This document shows, one piece after another, positions 12,047-24,183 of a DNA stretch of 63,967 nt. Where the stretch lies: contig ML992531.1 in NCBI GenBank assembly GCA_010093995.1, positions 1-63,967 on the forward strand, written 5' to 3'. Under the pieces are notes generated by a model. That model searched no databases. It was given only the letters and a program-made list of their open reading frames with translations, and was not told the DNA's origin. Numbering within the stretch: the stretch's first letter is position 1; every line of letters starts with the position of its first letter. Source of the DNA: Elsinoe ampelina (taxonomy: Eukaryota). The translations under genes were made by a program, and so were the position numbers.

Positions 12047-12529
12047 AGTAACGACCATCGCGTGTCGTCGCAAGAAATAGGTATTGCGATCATGAATATC
12101 GAGCAATTCTGTGTTGGATTAGAATACGACCAAAGTAACGACGGTTCTCAAATGCTTTCGCCGCACAAGATACTCAGACAAAGTGAGAAGATTGTGTTGT
12201 TGCTGGTTTTGTAACCTTGAACTCCTCATGGAGAGTGTCTTATGGCCCCAGCATCTGTCATCACAGTGATTTGGTGATATTGTCATTACACTTACTGGTC
12301 GAGTCCGACGTCAAGAAGGTTTGATCGTAATCGTCTACAGAGTGTCGCGCACATTTAGATTGTTGAAGATATGGCCAGGTCAAGTCGCGATGTTCGAGCA
12401 GTGACAGGATCATGACTAAGCGTCGCGCACGGACTTCACGGACCGCACACGAATTCCACCGCAAAATCAATCTCCAACTTCAAGCCAGAGTAGAGGAACG
12501 ACAATCGCAACAGCGACAACACCGCCATC

Positions 12530-13137
12530 ATGTCTCTCGTCACCGGAGAGAAGTCGAACTTCCAGTTCATCTTGCGTCTGCTCAACACCAACGTACGACT
12601 CATCCGATAAATCTGGACAGATGATAGACAACTAACACTTTCCTCAGGTTGATGGCAAGCAAAAGGTCATGTACGCCTTGACCCGCATCAAGGGTGTCGG
12701 TCGTCGCTATTCCAACTTGGTCTGCAAGAAGGCCGACGTCGATCTCAACAAGCGGTACGCAATATCCATCAACCAGGCGCAAGGACGGACAATCACACGA
12801 CCTGGGCCGGGATGAGGAATTATACTAACGCTTGTCCAGCGCTGGAGAACTCACCACCGAAGAACTTGAGCGCATTGTCACCATCATCCAGAACCCTCTT
12901 CAGTACAAGATTCCCTCCTGGTTCCTTAATCGTCAGCGCGATATTGTCGATGGCAAGGACTACCAGGTCTTGGCCAACGGTGTCGACTCCAAGCTCCGTG
13001 ACGATCTTGAGAGGATGAAGAAGATCAGGGCGCACAGGGGTCTTAGGCACTACTGGGGCCTCAGGGTCAGGGGTCAACACTCCAAGACGACTGGCAGGAG
13101 GGGTAGGACCGTCGGTGTGTCCAAGAAGAAGGGTTAG
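12530..13137 (+). CDS. RPS18: 40S ribosomal protein S18 (uS13); introns 12593-12647, 12755-12839
   Basis: [33 protein letters not shown]...[33 protein letters not shown]. Confidence 0.98.
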
Positions 13138-13442
13138 TGGTGTGCGCGTGGCAATGGGTGGAATGAGGGAGGAGGATGGAAGTGGATTATACTGCACAAT
13201 GCTGGTGGTAGCATACGAGTCCGGCTGGCCACAGATGCTGGTCTGGGCATGAATGGAGTTTTTCGACTTTCATGAGGATGCGCTGCAAAAATTTACATCT
13301 GCTCAAAGGTCTCATAGACATCACCTTGAGACCTCTGATAATTTGCCCTGTGCTCGACAGATCACCTGCATTGCGATGCAAAGAAGCTGTACCAAACGCT
13401 ATGCATTCAATCGTTCATGACTCTCAAACGGGGTATCATCTC

Positions 13443-14354
13443 TCAATCCGCTTCATGCACGACCGCCATGTCCAACACCTCCGCCCTCGCTCTCCCCTTC
13501 GTCTGCGTTCCCACAAACTCGCTCAGCGGCTTGAAACTCCCAGGTTCCACATAGCCTACCACCTCCCACTCATCCCCATCCACATCCTGGCTCTCCACCT
13601 GCTCAATATAGCTCAAAATCCTATCCTTGACCGTCCCCGTCGCCTTCCCCTCCTCCCCATCCTCCTCCTTCTTCTCCCCCTTGACCGCCTGCTTCAACAC
13701 CCCCGTCTGACACGTAACCCTCAACCTCATCCTCGCCCTCGCCACGGGTATCACCTGATGCGCAATCAACGCCTTCATCGCATCCAACGCCTGACTCTTC
13801 GCCGACTTCGTCGTCACAACCCCCGTCCACTTCGGCTTATCCCTCACCTCCTCCCCATTCGGCGTCGCCGTCCCACTGGCCCCCTCCTGCTTCCCCTTCT
13901 CCGCGTGTCCCCCGGCACTACTCAACTGATCCAACGCCTTCTCAATCATGCCCGTCGTGTACACGCGCTTACTCCTCGGATCCACCAGCTTCCCCGCCAC
14001 TATATCCACAACCTCATTATGCACCCTCTCCAACTGGGCATGCCTCTCCTTCTCCCCGACCTGCAGCTCGCCCTTGTTGAGGATCTCGAGGATGATGTCG
14101 TCGACGCTGGTCTTGGCGCCGAAGCTCTTGGTGAGGTCCTCCTTCGGGGCGACGGCGCCTTTGGAGACGTTGGTGAAGACGTTGGGGATTTGGAGCACGT
14201 TGTCCAGGTCGGTTTCCACGCCGGACCGCCATTCGAGCACTTTGTTCTTGTAGCAGGCGATTTCGTAGCGTTTTTTGCCTTTTTTCATGCGCACGAGGGA
14301 GACGTTGGTGAGGCGGATTTGGTTGGAGGGTTGGTTGATTTGGGCGGAGGGCAT
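13443..14354 (-). CDS. SDO1: Ribosome maturation protein SDO1/SBDS
   Basis: INQPSNQIRLTNVSLVRMKKGKKRYEIACYKNKV, KGELQVGEKER, KSAKSQALD. Confidence 0.96.
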   Translation of the reverse strand: MPSAQINQPSNQIRLTNVSLVRMKKGKKRYEIACYKNKVLEWRSGVETDLDNVLQIPNVFTNVSKGAVAPKEDLTKSFGAKTSVDDIILEILNKGELQVGEKERHAQLERVHNEVVDIVAGKLVDPRSKRVYTTGMIEKALDQLSSAGGHAEKGKQEGASGTATPNGEEVRDKPKWTGVVTTKSAKSQALDAMKALIAHQVIPVARARMRLRVTCQTGVLKQAVKGEKKEEDGEEGKATGTVKDRILSYIEQVESQDVDGDEWEVVGYVEPGSFKPLSEFVGTQTKGRARAEVLDMAVVHEAD

Positions 14355-14740
14355 GGTTGTGGTGGGTGGAGGGGTTGGTTGGAAGAAGAGGTGAAGGGCG
14401 ACTTGGTCGCGAGGTGGGGGCGGTGGTGTCCTTGGTGCGGTCTCTGTGGTGGAGCAGCGTGGATTGAAGCCTTTGTAATCGTACGAAAGTCTGCAATGCT
14501 ATTCGAGGGGATTGTAGAGACAGCGGAGGTTGTTCGCGTTGAGCAGCAACAAGGTCAAGTTAGGGTGCGTCATCGGCTGGAGGAAAGTTTTTTGGGTCAT
14601 GCTGCGGGATGGCCCAAACAGGAAATTTCTAACAAGCTGTTTTATTAACCACAACTCCAGCATTCTGTCTCGTGTACTAAGACACCTGCACAGTGCTCTG
14701 AAATATCCACGGATGCAAGTAATAATCATGATATTGTACA

Positions 14741-15470
14741 CTACGCTTTGAATGGCTGCGACACCAGCTGTAGACCCCTCTTCCCAGGCGGCAGGTTCGC
14801 CTCTGCACCCCTTTCATAAGCCCAAACAGTCCACTTGACACAGCCATTCTCGGAATTCGTCTGTGGGATGTCGCCTCCCCACTTTGCAGAGGTGGAACCT
14901 GTATCGCCTTCGAGACTGTCAGCATGTCCCGTACAGGGCTAACAACCAAAAGTCACTTACATCCATTGATCGGCTCGAGCAGAACTCTCTTACACTCGTT
15001 CGCATCTTGTGCTAGCCTGAACTTCTTTGGCTCACCGCACCCCTCGCGCTCACGATCAAAAGCTACGGAGATCTGCAATACCGTATCTCCTCGCGTGTAT
15101 GACTTGATAGGCGCCACATCGTCGCAGTCTTGACAGAATGCAGGAGGGCTGACGACCTCAGAATCCAGGACTCTGTTCTTGGAACAGAACTGGTTGATGC
15201 TCGCTTCGGCGTCGACCAGACTCATGGTGCGGTAGTATGAAGGCCTGTCGTAGTTACCGTAGCATCTCGGAATCTCTGTGGTTTCTACAGTCATTCGAAA
15301 CCTCACGCAGTCATCTGCGATGGATCCGCCTGATCACATCAGCTGTATGCCACCAGAGCTATGGCGAGGTACGTACCTTCTTCGTTGTCTGGCAGCTCGG
15401 TGGCGCACTTATCCAAGATCGTGTTCATGAGCGTCTTGCACCTGGTAGGATTGAAAACCCACCTCGACGA
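14741..15470 (-). pseudogene. 5'-truncated gene with tandem Cys-rich modules; introns 15330-15376 and 14908-14960
   Basis: Spliced product CKTLMNTILDKCATELPDNEEG|GSIADDCVRF...INQFC...ECKRVLLEPING|CDTGSTSAKWGG...GCVKW shows the same C..L..I...C...GG....C module twice; no signal peptide at the 5' end. Confidence 0.55.
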
Positions 15471-16381
15471 TCTCATTGCGGGCAGGGACACCCCTCGCAG
15501 ACGCTATATCGCACGACTGGTCAACGATCTTTTCGCCATCGAGTACAAGGTCGGCAGCGATCAAGATGAATCTGTAATCGAAAGTCTCGAAAACGTCAGT
15601 CTGATATACAAAGACATCATCGACACTGCTGGACCCAATGCTGACAGGGCCACCCTCATATGCGGCGATGGTGGATTTGTTCATCTGGCAAATGGTGTCA
15701 AGGCTCCCGACAACACCGTGGGACAAGCAGGGCAGTGGTGGATACAACCTGACGGGATGAGGGAAGCACGAGTATACCCTTTCAAGGAATCAACTCCCTG
15801 CTATCCAGGCAGCAATGGACTGTCTGGTCTTCGAGGCATCACACTATCTAAGGAGATTGTCATGTTCTGCCCTGAGATCCTCGACAATCCATTGACGACT
15901 GTTGGCCAATTCAATCCTGAAGGGAAAAGCTTGAAAGGATTCGCGTCGCTGAGCTCGATCATGCTGCACGAATTCTTCCATCTGCGGAGCAATTGTAACT
16001 ACCAGAGACCCTCGTTGCTTATCTGTTGCTGATGCGATCCAGTGGTGGACGAGCCCTGTCCAGTCGGCGGTTCTGGCTCTCGACCTGGTCAGGTTGAGCT
16101 TGACGGAACCCTATACGACGGCAAGGACGGAAGGCTCAAGATGGAATCCTATGGTTATGGTGGGTGCTTCTCGCTTGTAGGCGGACCAAGTGGCGTACTG
16201 ACAACAGACAGAGAGATCATACATGCTCGCTCGATTCGTACAGAAGTATCCGGACCTTATCGATGAAGATGAACCTGTGACCCCCTTGACGAATGTGGAT
16301 TCATTCGTCAGCTTTGCCTTGGCAGTGTTCTGGGATAATTTTGAGGCGCGAGGAATTAAGGGCCAGCTCTATAGACTCTGA
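15449..16381 (+). pseudogene. 5'-truncated zincin metallopeptidase (M35/aspzincin-like); introns 15995-16042 and 16160-16211
   Basis: IVMFCP, LSSIMLHEFFH (HExxH), spliced YGY|ERSYML and downstream NVDSFVSFALA; no signal or pro-peptide; 5' end collides with opposite-strand coding sequence. Confidence 0.6.
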
Positions 16382-16645
16382 TATGCAGAGTGATCAAGCA
16401 TGTTCAGCATCGTCCTTATACCAATTCTGCCATGGAATCCACTCAAGCATGATGATTGTTGCAATTCTGCCAAAATAAGCCTCGTTCGAAGGTCTGCAAA
16501 AGACGGAAGTCAATTTGAGAAGAGCGATTGCGGCCATCGTATCTATCACATACATCACGCAGAGTACTACCAGATCTTTCTTGACGTACTACCAGCCAGG
16601 AGTCCCCACCGCCCCTGTGCGTCAAGACTTCCTAGCAATGGCAAG

Positions 16646-18469
16646 CTATCTAAGCAGTCTACGCCCATTGAAATACTTCATTTCCGTCCTGTATGATCTC
16701 ACCCGGCAACCAACGGTCTCCAGTTCTTGCATCGGCCGTATAATGTGCTTCAGCCAGTAATCTCTGGAGATGCTACTGTTGTTAGTGCCGATGGTCTCCG
16801 TTTCTGGATCTTTAAAGTCGGCTTCCTGATCCCATGATTTCCAGTGAATGAGCATGTGAAGAGTCCCCAGCTCGTCCTCAGGCACTTGTCGAGCATCCAT
16901 CCATGCGCAGGAGACGTCTTTGACAGGACCCCGAGTAGCGAGTTGAGTCCGGTTGGCCGTGAGCTCCCTTTGAAACCACTGCAGTGTATCGAAATTCTCC
17001 TTGGTGAGCCTTTGTTGCTCCGCGTTTAGATCCGCAGGTATGGTGATGCTCCAAATTTCTAGATATCGCCCGATTGAATTTGATCCCTTGGGGAGGAAGT
17101 CGGGGTCCCAGTGACATATCTCAATAGTCCTTGCTGGGATGTCCTCGAATTTGCGATCTAAACCCTCTTCAGTCAATGGTTCGAGGTCACTTTCGAGCTT
17201 CAGGAATGGCGAGGAGATATAGCGATGCCAGAGCACAATAAGAGACACGATTTGAGCATCGTCTGGTGATGATCCACCAAAGATAAAGCCGGGACTGTCG
17301 CGCTCCAGATTGAACCGATCCAGGGAAGCTATTTTCCGAGCCACAACAATGGGATCGAGGCTGTTTGCCTCGCTGGTAGGCATCGTGAGCTCGACTTTGA
17401 TGTGTGTCACTAAAGGCTGATAGTTTGTATATTTCGGCAAGGCTGCCGCTCTTCCCTCCGGAAGGTGCCAAAGCAAATTGCATGCGGCAGTCTTCTCATT
17501 GATACGATTCGAGACCGCGAGTTCGTCCGAGGCATGGATCGTGTTTGAGGGCTCTTCCGCAAGTGTCATCTCTGCCTTTGTCCAGGACACATCGCAACCA
17601 GCGTGCGCGAAATTGCCCGACGCGGATACAATGAGTCGCCGCCATGCATCTGTTGATAGGGAGGGATCGTGAGGCCCGACTCTGTTGGTCATATCCTCTT
17701 TGAATATTTGAGCTCGCTCCCACGATCTCCAGTAGAACAACATATAATGAACCCCCAGGCTTTCCGAGGACTGCGATGCTTCTTACCAGGCATAACCGAT
17801 CTTTTCGAGATCCCGATGAGCCAGTAAGCCCAAGGCATTTGGTGGAGTAATCGTACTTTCGAAGGCATTGAGCGTTTGAAAGCTGTCTTGTAGGACCTCT
17901 CTGTTATTGTCGAATGAAGTGGTAGGAATATCGAGCTTTAAAATCTCGACGCGTGTTCTCTCTGTCGTCTGAAAGTACGACATAGGCCAGTACAACCAGT
18001 CGGTGACCTCGACTGTCCGTGCATTCAAGCCCTCGAGCATCTTGTCAAATGTCTCAAGCGTAAGGGCTTGACGTTCCGCCCCGGCTTGGATCTCAAAAGT
18101 CGCCCAAGCTCGTTTCCATAAAATAATGAATGTTGCAAGAGCTGGGTCATCTGGAGACTGGCCGCAGTAGATTGAGCCTCTCTGAGGTACTGTGCTTGAA
18201 AATCTGTCCATTCGTCTGATTCTCTCGTTGGCGGCTTGGATTCTCACGATGAGATCGTTGGATACGTCTTCTGAATCATCCAGTTTAGTGAATGATATGA
18301 CAGCATATGTGATAGGTCCTTGATTCCTTGTCGTCAAATGACGCCGCTCGATACCAGGCTGGAGCGCAAGGCACTCTGCCATCTTCTGTTCAATGTCCAT
18401 GTCGACGTACGAGGCGAGTCCTCCGATGAATGCGGCATTCAGTGCATAACGAGAGAAGAGAATAATCAC
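16646..18469 (-). pseudogene. Two-repeat protein (dimeric alpha+beta barrel/ABM-like), split by one in-frame TAA at 17783-17785
   Basis: ORFs 17783..18469 and 16646..17743 are in frame, 13 codons apart. The repeats align (SPDDPALATFIILWKR vs SPDDAQIVSLIVLWHR; YAW*EASQSSESLGVHYMLFYWRSWE vs CAWMDARQVPEDELGTLHMLIHWKSWD). Fold assignment is tentative. Confidence 0.6.
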
Positions 18470-19084
18470 AAAGTGCTTTCGGAAACGGTCTGATCACCTC
18501 TTCGCCTTCTCTCCCACGCCGCAGCTGAACGCAGCCGTCACAAGTGAAACTCGGCCAGCTGCGCCGCTTCAGCCGCAAAGATCACATGATAGCAACACCT
18601 ACATTGAACAAGCGTAACACTACCAGCAGCTCGTCGCAGGATCAATGTATCGAGTTTCTGCATGTATTCCGTGCAGTCGAAATGGAAAATATCCAACGTA
18701 GATGATCATGCGGACGGAGTTCGGCAACGGGTCGCATCTTGACGATAAGTTAAGCTCACAAGGCCATTTTCGGCTTCCCAAACAAGACTAGATGGAATCG
18801 GTAGGTTGCCCTGACCAACTGAATGGCCCGCCGATGACGCTGCCATCTAACCGCTGCTCGTTCCGCACCCTGGACAGGAACCTGGAGCTCTATCATCCTC
18901 TCCTTCCAGGCATCCTCTTTCTCTCTCCCTTCCCATCAGCCTATCAACCCATCACCTTCAGGTATCCAAGGTGTGAAGGCTTGAATCTCATCTCCTCTGC
19001 TTGATCTCTGTTTACAAGTCTCATTTGTCTCTATTGCAGGTCCTGGTCGACTCTGCCTCGTTCAAAACCCCACTCTACACCAAG

Positions 19085-20800
19085 ATGAAGGTCACAGCAT
19101 CTGCGCTGCTCGTAGGAGCGGCGACAGCCTCCTACCTTCCCGAACAGTTCCCCATGCAGATCCCAAAGCAGGTCTCATCTGCATGGAGCAAGCCCCTTCA
19201 CCAGCTCAAGGATGGCTTGAAGCACATGACTGCTGAGGCGAAGCAGGCATGGGACGAGGTCGCCCAGCTCTTCCCCGAAGAGATGGACAAGGCGACTTTC
19301 TTCTCCAACCCCAAGGCCCACACTCGCAAGCCCGACACCCACTGGGACTACATTACTTCTGGTGCTGATATCCAGAACGTCTGGGTTACCAACAGCCAGG
19401 GTCAGAAGGAGAGGGAGATTGATGGAAAGCTCGAGACCTTCAACCTCCGCACCAAGAAGGTTGACCCTTCGGTACTCGGCGTTGACAAGGTGAAGCAATA
19501 CAGTGGATACCTCGACGATGAGGAGGAAGACAAGCATCTCTTTTACTGTAAGTCATGCTTGTGCGGTATCGAGACGCAATACTGACGAATGTAGGGTTCT
19601 TCGAATCAAGGAATGACCCCAAGAACGATCCCGTGGTGCTCTGGCTCAACGGTGGGCCTGGCTGCTCATCCTTGACCGGTCTCTTCATGGAGCTCGGCCC
19701 TTCCTCGATCGACAAAAACGGCAAGGTCGTCTACAACCCACACTCTTGGAATGCCAATGCTTCGGTCATCTTCCTCGATCAGCCCGTCAACGTCGGTTTC
19801 TCATACAGCAGCGGTCAGGTCTCCAACACCGTCGCAGCCGGAAAGGACATCTACGCTCTCCTCACCCTGTTCTTCAAGCAATTCCCAGAGTATGCTAAGC
19901 AGCCATTCCACATATCCGGAGAATCCTACGCTGGTCATTACATCCCCGTCTTCGCCTCCGAGATTCTGTCCCACAAGAAGCGCAACATCAACCTCCAGTC
20001 CATACTGATCGGTAACGGTTTGACTGATGGCCTGACTCAATACGACTACTACCGTCCTATGGCCTGTGGCGAAGGTGGCTGGCCTGCTGTCGTCGACCAG
20101 GGTACCTGCCAAAGCATGGACAACGCCCTGCCTCGCTGCAAGTCCCTCATTGAAAGCTGCTACAAGTCCGAGTCAGTCTGGTCATGCGTACCAGCCTCTA
20201 TATATTGCAATAACAACCTCATCGGTGAGATTTTTGCGATTTACATCTCTAGAAATAGACTAACATCACCCAGGACCTTACCAACGCACCGGCCAGAACG
20301 TTTACGATGTCAGGAAGAAGTGCTCCGGATCCAGCCTTTGCTACGACGAGCTGGAGTGGATCTCGAAGTACCTCAACCAGCCTGCGGTCATGAAGGCTCT
20401 GGGCGCCGAAGTCGACAGCTACGACTCGTGCAACTTCGACATTAACCGCAATTTCCTCTTCGCCGGAGACTGGATGAAGCCCTACCACCGTCTGGTGCCA
20501 GGTATCCTCGAGCAGATCCCTGTACTCATCTACGCCGGTGATGCCGATTTCATCTGCAACTGGCTCGGTAACCTTGCGTGGACCAATGCGCTCGAGTGGT
20601 CTGGCAAGAAGGAATACGCCAAGGCTCCTCTCGATGACTTCACTCTCCTCTCCGACGGCAAGAAGGCCGGCTCAGTCAAGAGCTCAGGCAACTTTACCTT
20701 CATGAGGCTCCACGCAGGTGGCCACATGGTTCCGTACGACCAGCCTGAGGCGTCTCTCGAGATGCTGAACAGGTGGATCGGTGGTGAGTGGGTGCACTAA
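19085..20800 (+). CDS. PRC1: Carboxypeptidase Y (S10); introns 19548-19594, 20225-20273
   Basis: [48 protein letters not shown]. Confidence 0.97.
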
Positions 20801-21478
20801 GTGGTGCAAGGAGTATAGGGGTAGTTGTTGGAAGACGCAACGTTGACTTATGCGAATCCGCTTACGGTCACATCAGCATGTATTTAGTTTCCATAGTCTA
20901 CTTATCATTATCCCTTCCGATACCACTTTTGCGCTCAGCATCATGCTGTTACTCAGCAGTCAGACATCTTACAGGCAGACGATAGCGCAAATGGATGGCC
21001 ACGTTAGCTTCAAGTTTGTCCAAACGATGCCACACAATCACGTGGGACGACGCTCGCAAGTACGGTATTCGTGCACAACATGAGTCTTGTTCGTGGCGCA
21101 TGGTAGGCCCGAGCATTGTGCATGAGGCGACTAGATCTTCCCAGTGCCTAGCGGCCTAAATAATGTCACTGCTAGTGGCTAATGATACGCACGAGAGTCT
21201 AGCAAGCTCTCTGCTCTGGCAACCAGCTGGTCCGCTCAGGCGTCCCGAAGGTGAGTCAACAATTTCACGATTCACCCCATCTGTAATCAGTACCACTATG
21301 CTTTTATGATCCTGAGGCATCCTTGAGAGGGTTTTAACATATCTCAGTACTTCAAATCGTCCCGGAACAGCACAGGGTTCTCTTCTTGTAGAGCAGATTC
21401 CGCATACAGCCATTCAGCGGCCAAACCGACGAGGAACTACCACACATCTCCACAATCACATCCATCTCGACCTCCACG

Positions 21479-22417
21479 ATGCCATTGTCAGAGCGACCTC
21501 CTCCAACCTTGGCTCCATTGCTGGCAAAAAAGTCCATCGACGGGAGCCCGACACAAATCTCACAATTAAACCACCGATTGGCCATTCTTGAATCTTGGTT
21601 CGCTTCCTTTCCTTATGCAATCCACTTCCTCTCGTCGGCCCATGTGGTAGAGATAGGATGCGGACAGGGCGACATGACCATTCCCCTCGCTTGGGCCGTG
21701 TCACAGCCTCAATCAGGAGAATCGAGCTCGGCTCAATCAAGCCCTGGACCTGGAAAAGTAACAGGTCTTGACCCAGCGCCTCTTGACTATGGGTCACCTT
21801 TCACGCTGGGTCAGGCACAAGGACACATCAGCGAGTCTGACCTGGGTCGTCACGTGGAGTGGCGGAAGGAGGATCCGCTCAAGTACTTCGAGGGCGACGT
21901 GGGCGATGTGGACTACATAGTACTGGCGCATAGCCTGTTCTACTTGCCTTCCGAAAAGTACTTTTCCGAGCTGCTGAGAGTGCTCGCGAAGGTTTCCAGC
22001 AGGAGCACTGAAAGTGGGGAGGAGCAGCAGCAAGACGAAGGTACCAAAGGGACCAAACTACTAATCGCCGAGTGGGGCATGAGGTCCACCACACCAGCAC
22101 AGGAGGCGCATGTTCTGGCTGTAAAGGCTCAATCTATCAGTACCATTGAGGATGGGAATGTAAGGACCGTCCTTGCACCAGAACGGGTTGTCGAGCTGTG
22201 CAAGGCAGCAGGATGGAAGGTCGAAAGGCAAGACTGGATCAAACTACCAGACGTGGAAGATGGAAAGTGGGAAGTCGGTGCAGCCCGTACATTACTTGAT
22301 CAAGAGGGGCTTGGAGATGATGTCAAGGGGTTGCTGCAACAAATGAACGACGCAGCAAGCAAACACGACAACATCGAGAGCATGGACGTCTGGACCGGCG
22401 TCTTCAATCTATCATGA
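21479..22417 (+). CDS. Class I SAM-dependent methyltransferase (UstM-like family)
   Basis: VVEIGCGQGD motif I, DPAPLDYGSPFTLGQAQ, VLAHSLFY, LLIAEW. Confidence 0.85.
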   Translation: MPLSERPPPTLAPLLAKKSIDGSPTQISQLNHRLAILESWFASFPYAIHFLSSAHVVEIGCGQGDMTIPLAWAVSQPQSGESSSAQSSPGPGKVTGLDPAPLDYGSPFTLGQAQGHISESDLGRHVEWRKEDPLKYFEGDVGDVDYIVLAHSLFYLPSEKYFSELLRVLAKVSSRSTESGEEQQQDEGTKGTKLLIAEWGMRSTTPAQEAHVLAVKAQSISTIEDGNVRTVLAPERVVELCKAAGWKVERQDWIKLPDVEDGKWEVGAARTLLDQEGLGDDVKGLLQQMNDAASKHDNIESMDVWTGVFNLS

Positions 22418-23032
22418 GAATGCACCCGCACACAAAACCGACCATCTGACTCGCCACGCCAGAAACCCAACTGTCAAAGTCGAGGAAGCCATGGTTCAAT
22501 CGACGGGGGATCGTTCGCATCCCGCCCAACACCTCCAGGGACCACGGCGGTGGAGCCGTCATCAAAAGCCGCGCAGACCCTGGTCGCACCTGTGACGATG
22601 TGCTACACGATCCGCGATGATCAGCAGGGCTCGACTAAGCAAAAACTAGCAAGTGGATTTACATGAAAGGGTCGCTTCAGCCGCAAATGCAATCTATATC
22701 GACGACTGGGAGAGGTGCGATCGAGGTGTGGCTCGTCGACGCCTGGGGGTCGGGGTAATCTATATCAACTTTTTCTCCGCGTCAGACGAGGGCAAGTGAC
22801 AGTGGAGGCTGGGAGAGGCGGTCATGGTGTTTCCTTGCAGGTAGTATATAAGAGGTGAATTTCCCACCATTCTCCTTCACAGCCAGTACCAGAAAGACTT
22901 TGAACCCTACCACATCATCAATCCTCATTACCATCACCACCACCACCAACAACACCTTCCAACACCATCAACACCACCCCTTCATACCGTCCAACTCCTG
23001 CCAGACCACCCACCCATCCCGAAAACACAACC

Positions 23033-23332
23033 ATGCTCTTCGCCCCACCAACCCTCACCCGCGTCCGCCCCGTCGTCTCCGACGCCTCGAAGAAACAAAA
23101 CCCCCACCTCCTCCAACCCGCCTCCGTCGCCCGCAAGTCGACCAGTTCACGGACAAACGCCAGTTCGAGCACCAGCCAGTACACTTCCAGAACGGCGGGG
23201 AACTCGCAGGATAGTAACCAGTCGGCGCCTGAGGCCGGGTCTACAGGAGCGACGACGGACGCGTTGCAGCCGCCGCCAATGGCCAGGTTGAAGAAGGCGC
23301 TGTCGATGCAGTCACTCAGGAGGAGGGTGTAG
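23033..23332 (+). CDS. Hypothetical small Ser/Thr-rich protein
   Basis: Kozak-like CAACCATG, TATATAAG at ~22845 and C/A-rich leader; no recognisable domain. Confidence 0.4.
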   Translation: MLFAPPTLTRVRPVVSDASKKQNPHLLQPASVARKSTSSRTNASSSTSQYTSRTAGNSQDSNQSAPEAGSTGATTDALQPPPMARLKKALSMQSLRRRV

Positions 23333-24183
23333 GGATGTCGAGGGGAGGATGTGACAGGGTAGGGGTTGGATTTCGAGGGGATGATGGATTGGTTTGGGAA
23401 GGGGTTGGGGACCGGAAGAGAATGGAAGGAGAAGGATGGGACTTGTTTTTCTTAGGAGCATTCATAGCTGGGCGCGAGGATATTTTATGTGATATGCAGG
23501 GCTTGGTGATGAATCTCATGATGATCAAACCCAATGTTGGCGGTGTCCGAACATGTTCTTCTGTGGTGCTTGTCGTTGTTAGGACACATCAAAGAGCTGG
23601 ATGTCCAGATCGCTCCCGACCATGTCAGTGTGAGGTCAGAGTCTTTGCCGAAACACTCTCATATCACTTGCACTATCACTACCAGATCGGCCAACAAGCT
23701 AGGTGCTCAGTAAGAATCGCTGTGACAGCCAGGACAAAAAACATGGGAGATGGTCCGACTTGACGGTCCCCAGAACCTCGGTTGTTCAACTCTGCCCACG
23801 ACTCAAGCAGTGACGACATGATTGCACGGTCATGTAACCTTCACTGACATTTCCCATTGCCATCGAAAATGCCCGATGACATGGATATCTGGTCCAGGTC
23901 GCTTATACCATACCTGGTAATCGCCTCGCAATGACATGGGCGGCCACACAGTCGGCAGCGTAGCTCCGAACAGGCCTAACCCACCAGCAAAACCTCCCAA
24001 GTATCCGACCTCCCTTCTGCTCTCAAACGTACCATCCTCCATCTACCTCTCGTCTCGTCTCGCCCACACAAACCACATCCATCCCCATCTCCCCCTCGAT
24101 AGCACCTCCCTGGCTCCCCTCCCTTGGCCCCCCTCCTGCCCACCTCCTGCCCCCCTCCTGCCCACCTCCTCCCCACCACCAGA

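Noticed and set aside
12530..13137. Genome-wide reassignment of TAG to Trp or another amino acid
   Set aside because: RPS18, abfB, TAF9, NIT3 and TIM10 end with TAG at or near their expected C-termini, so TAG is a normal stop.
13272..14648. Long antisense/overlapping ORFs (e.g. 13272..14648, 24217..25365, 30900..32024, 50239..51108, 53057..53920)
   Set aside because: Shadow frames of real genes caused by extreme third-position C/G bias; low-complexity translations without motifs.
15361..15448. Plus-strand start and intron for the metallopeptidase
   Set aside because: The apparent donor is part of the palindrome AGGTACGTACCT, and the stretch reads better as minus-strand coding sequence of the Cys-rich gene.
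23330..23460. Read-through past the TAG of the small 23033 ORF
   Set aside because: Further stops follow quickly and the extension has no recognisable feature, unlike the TM tail at 47436.
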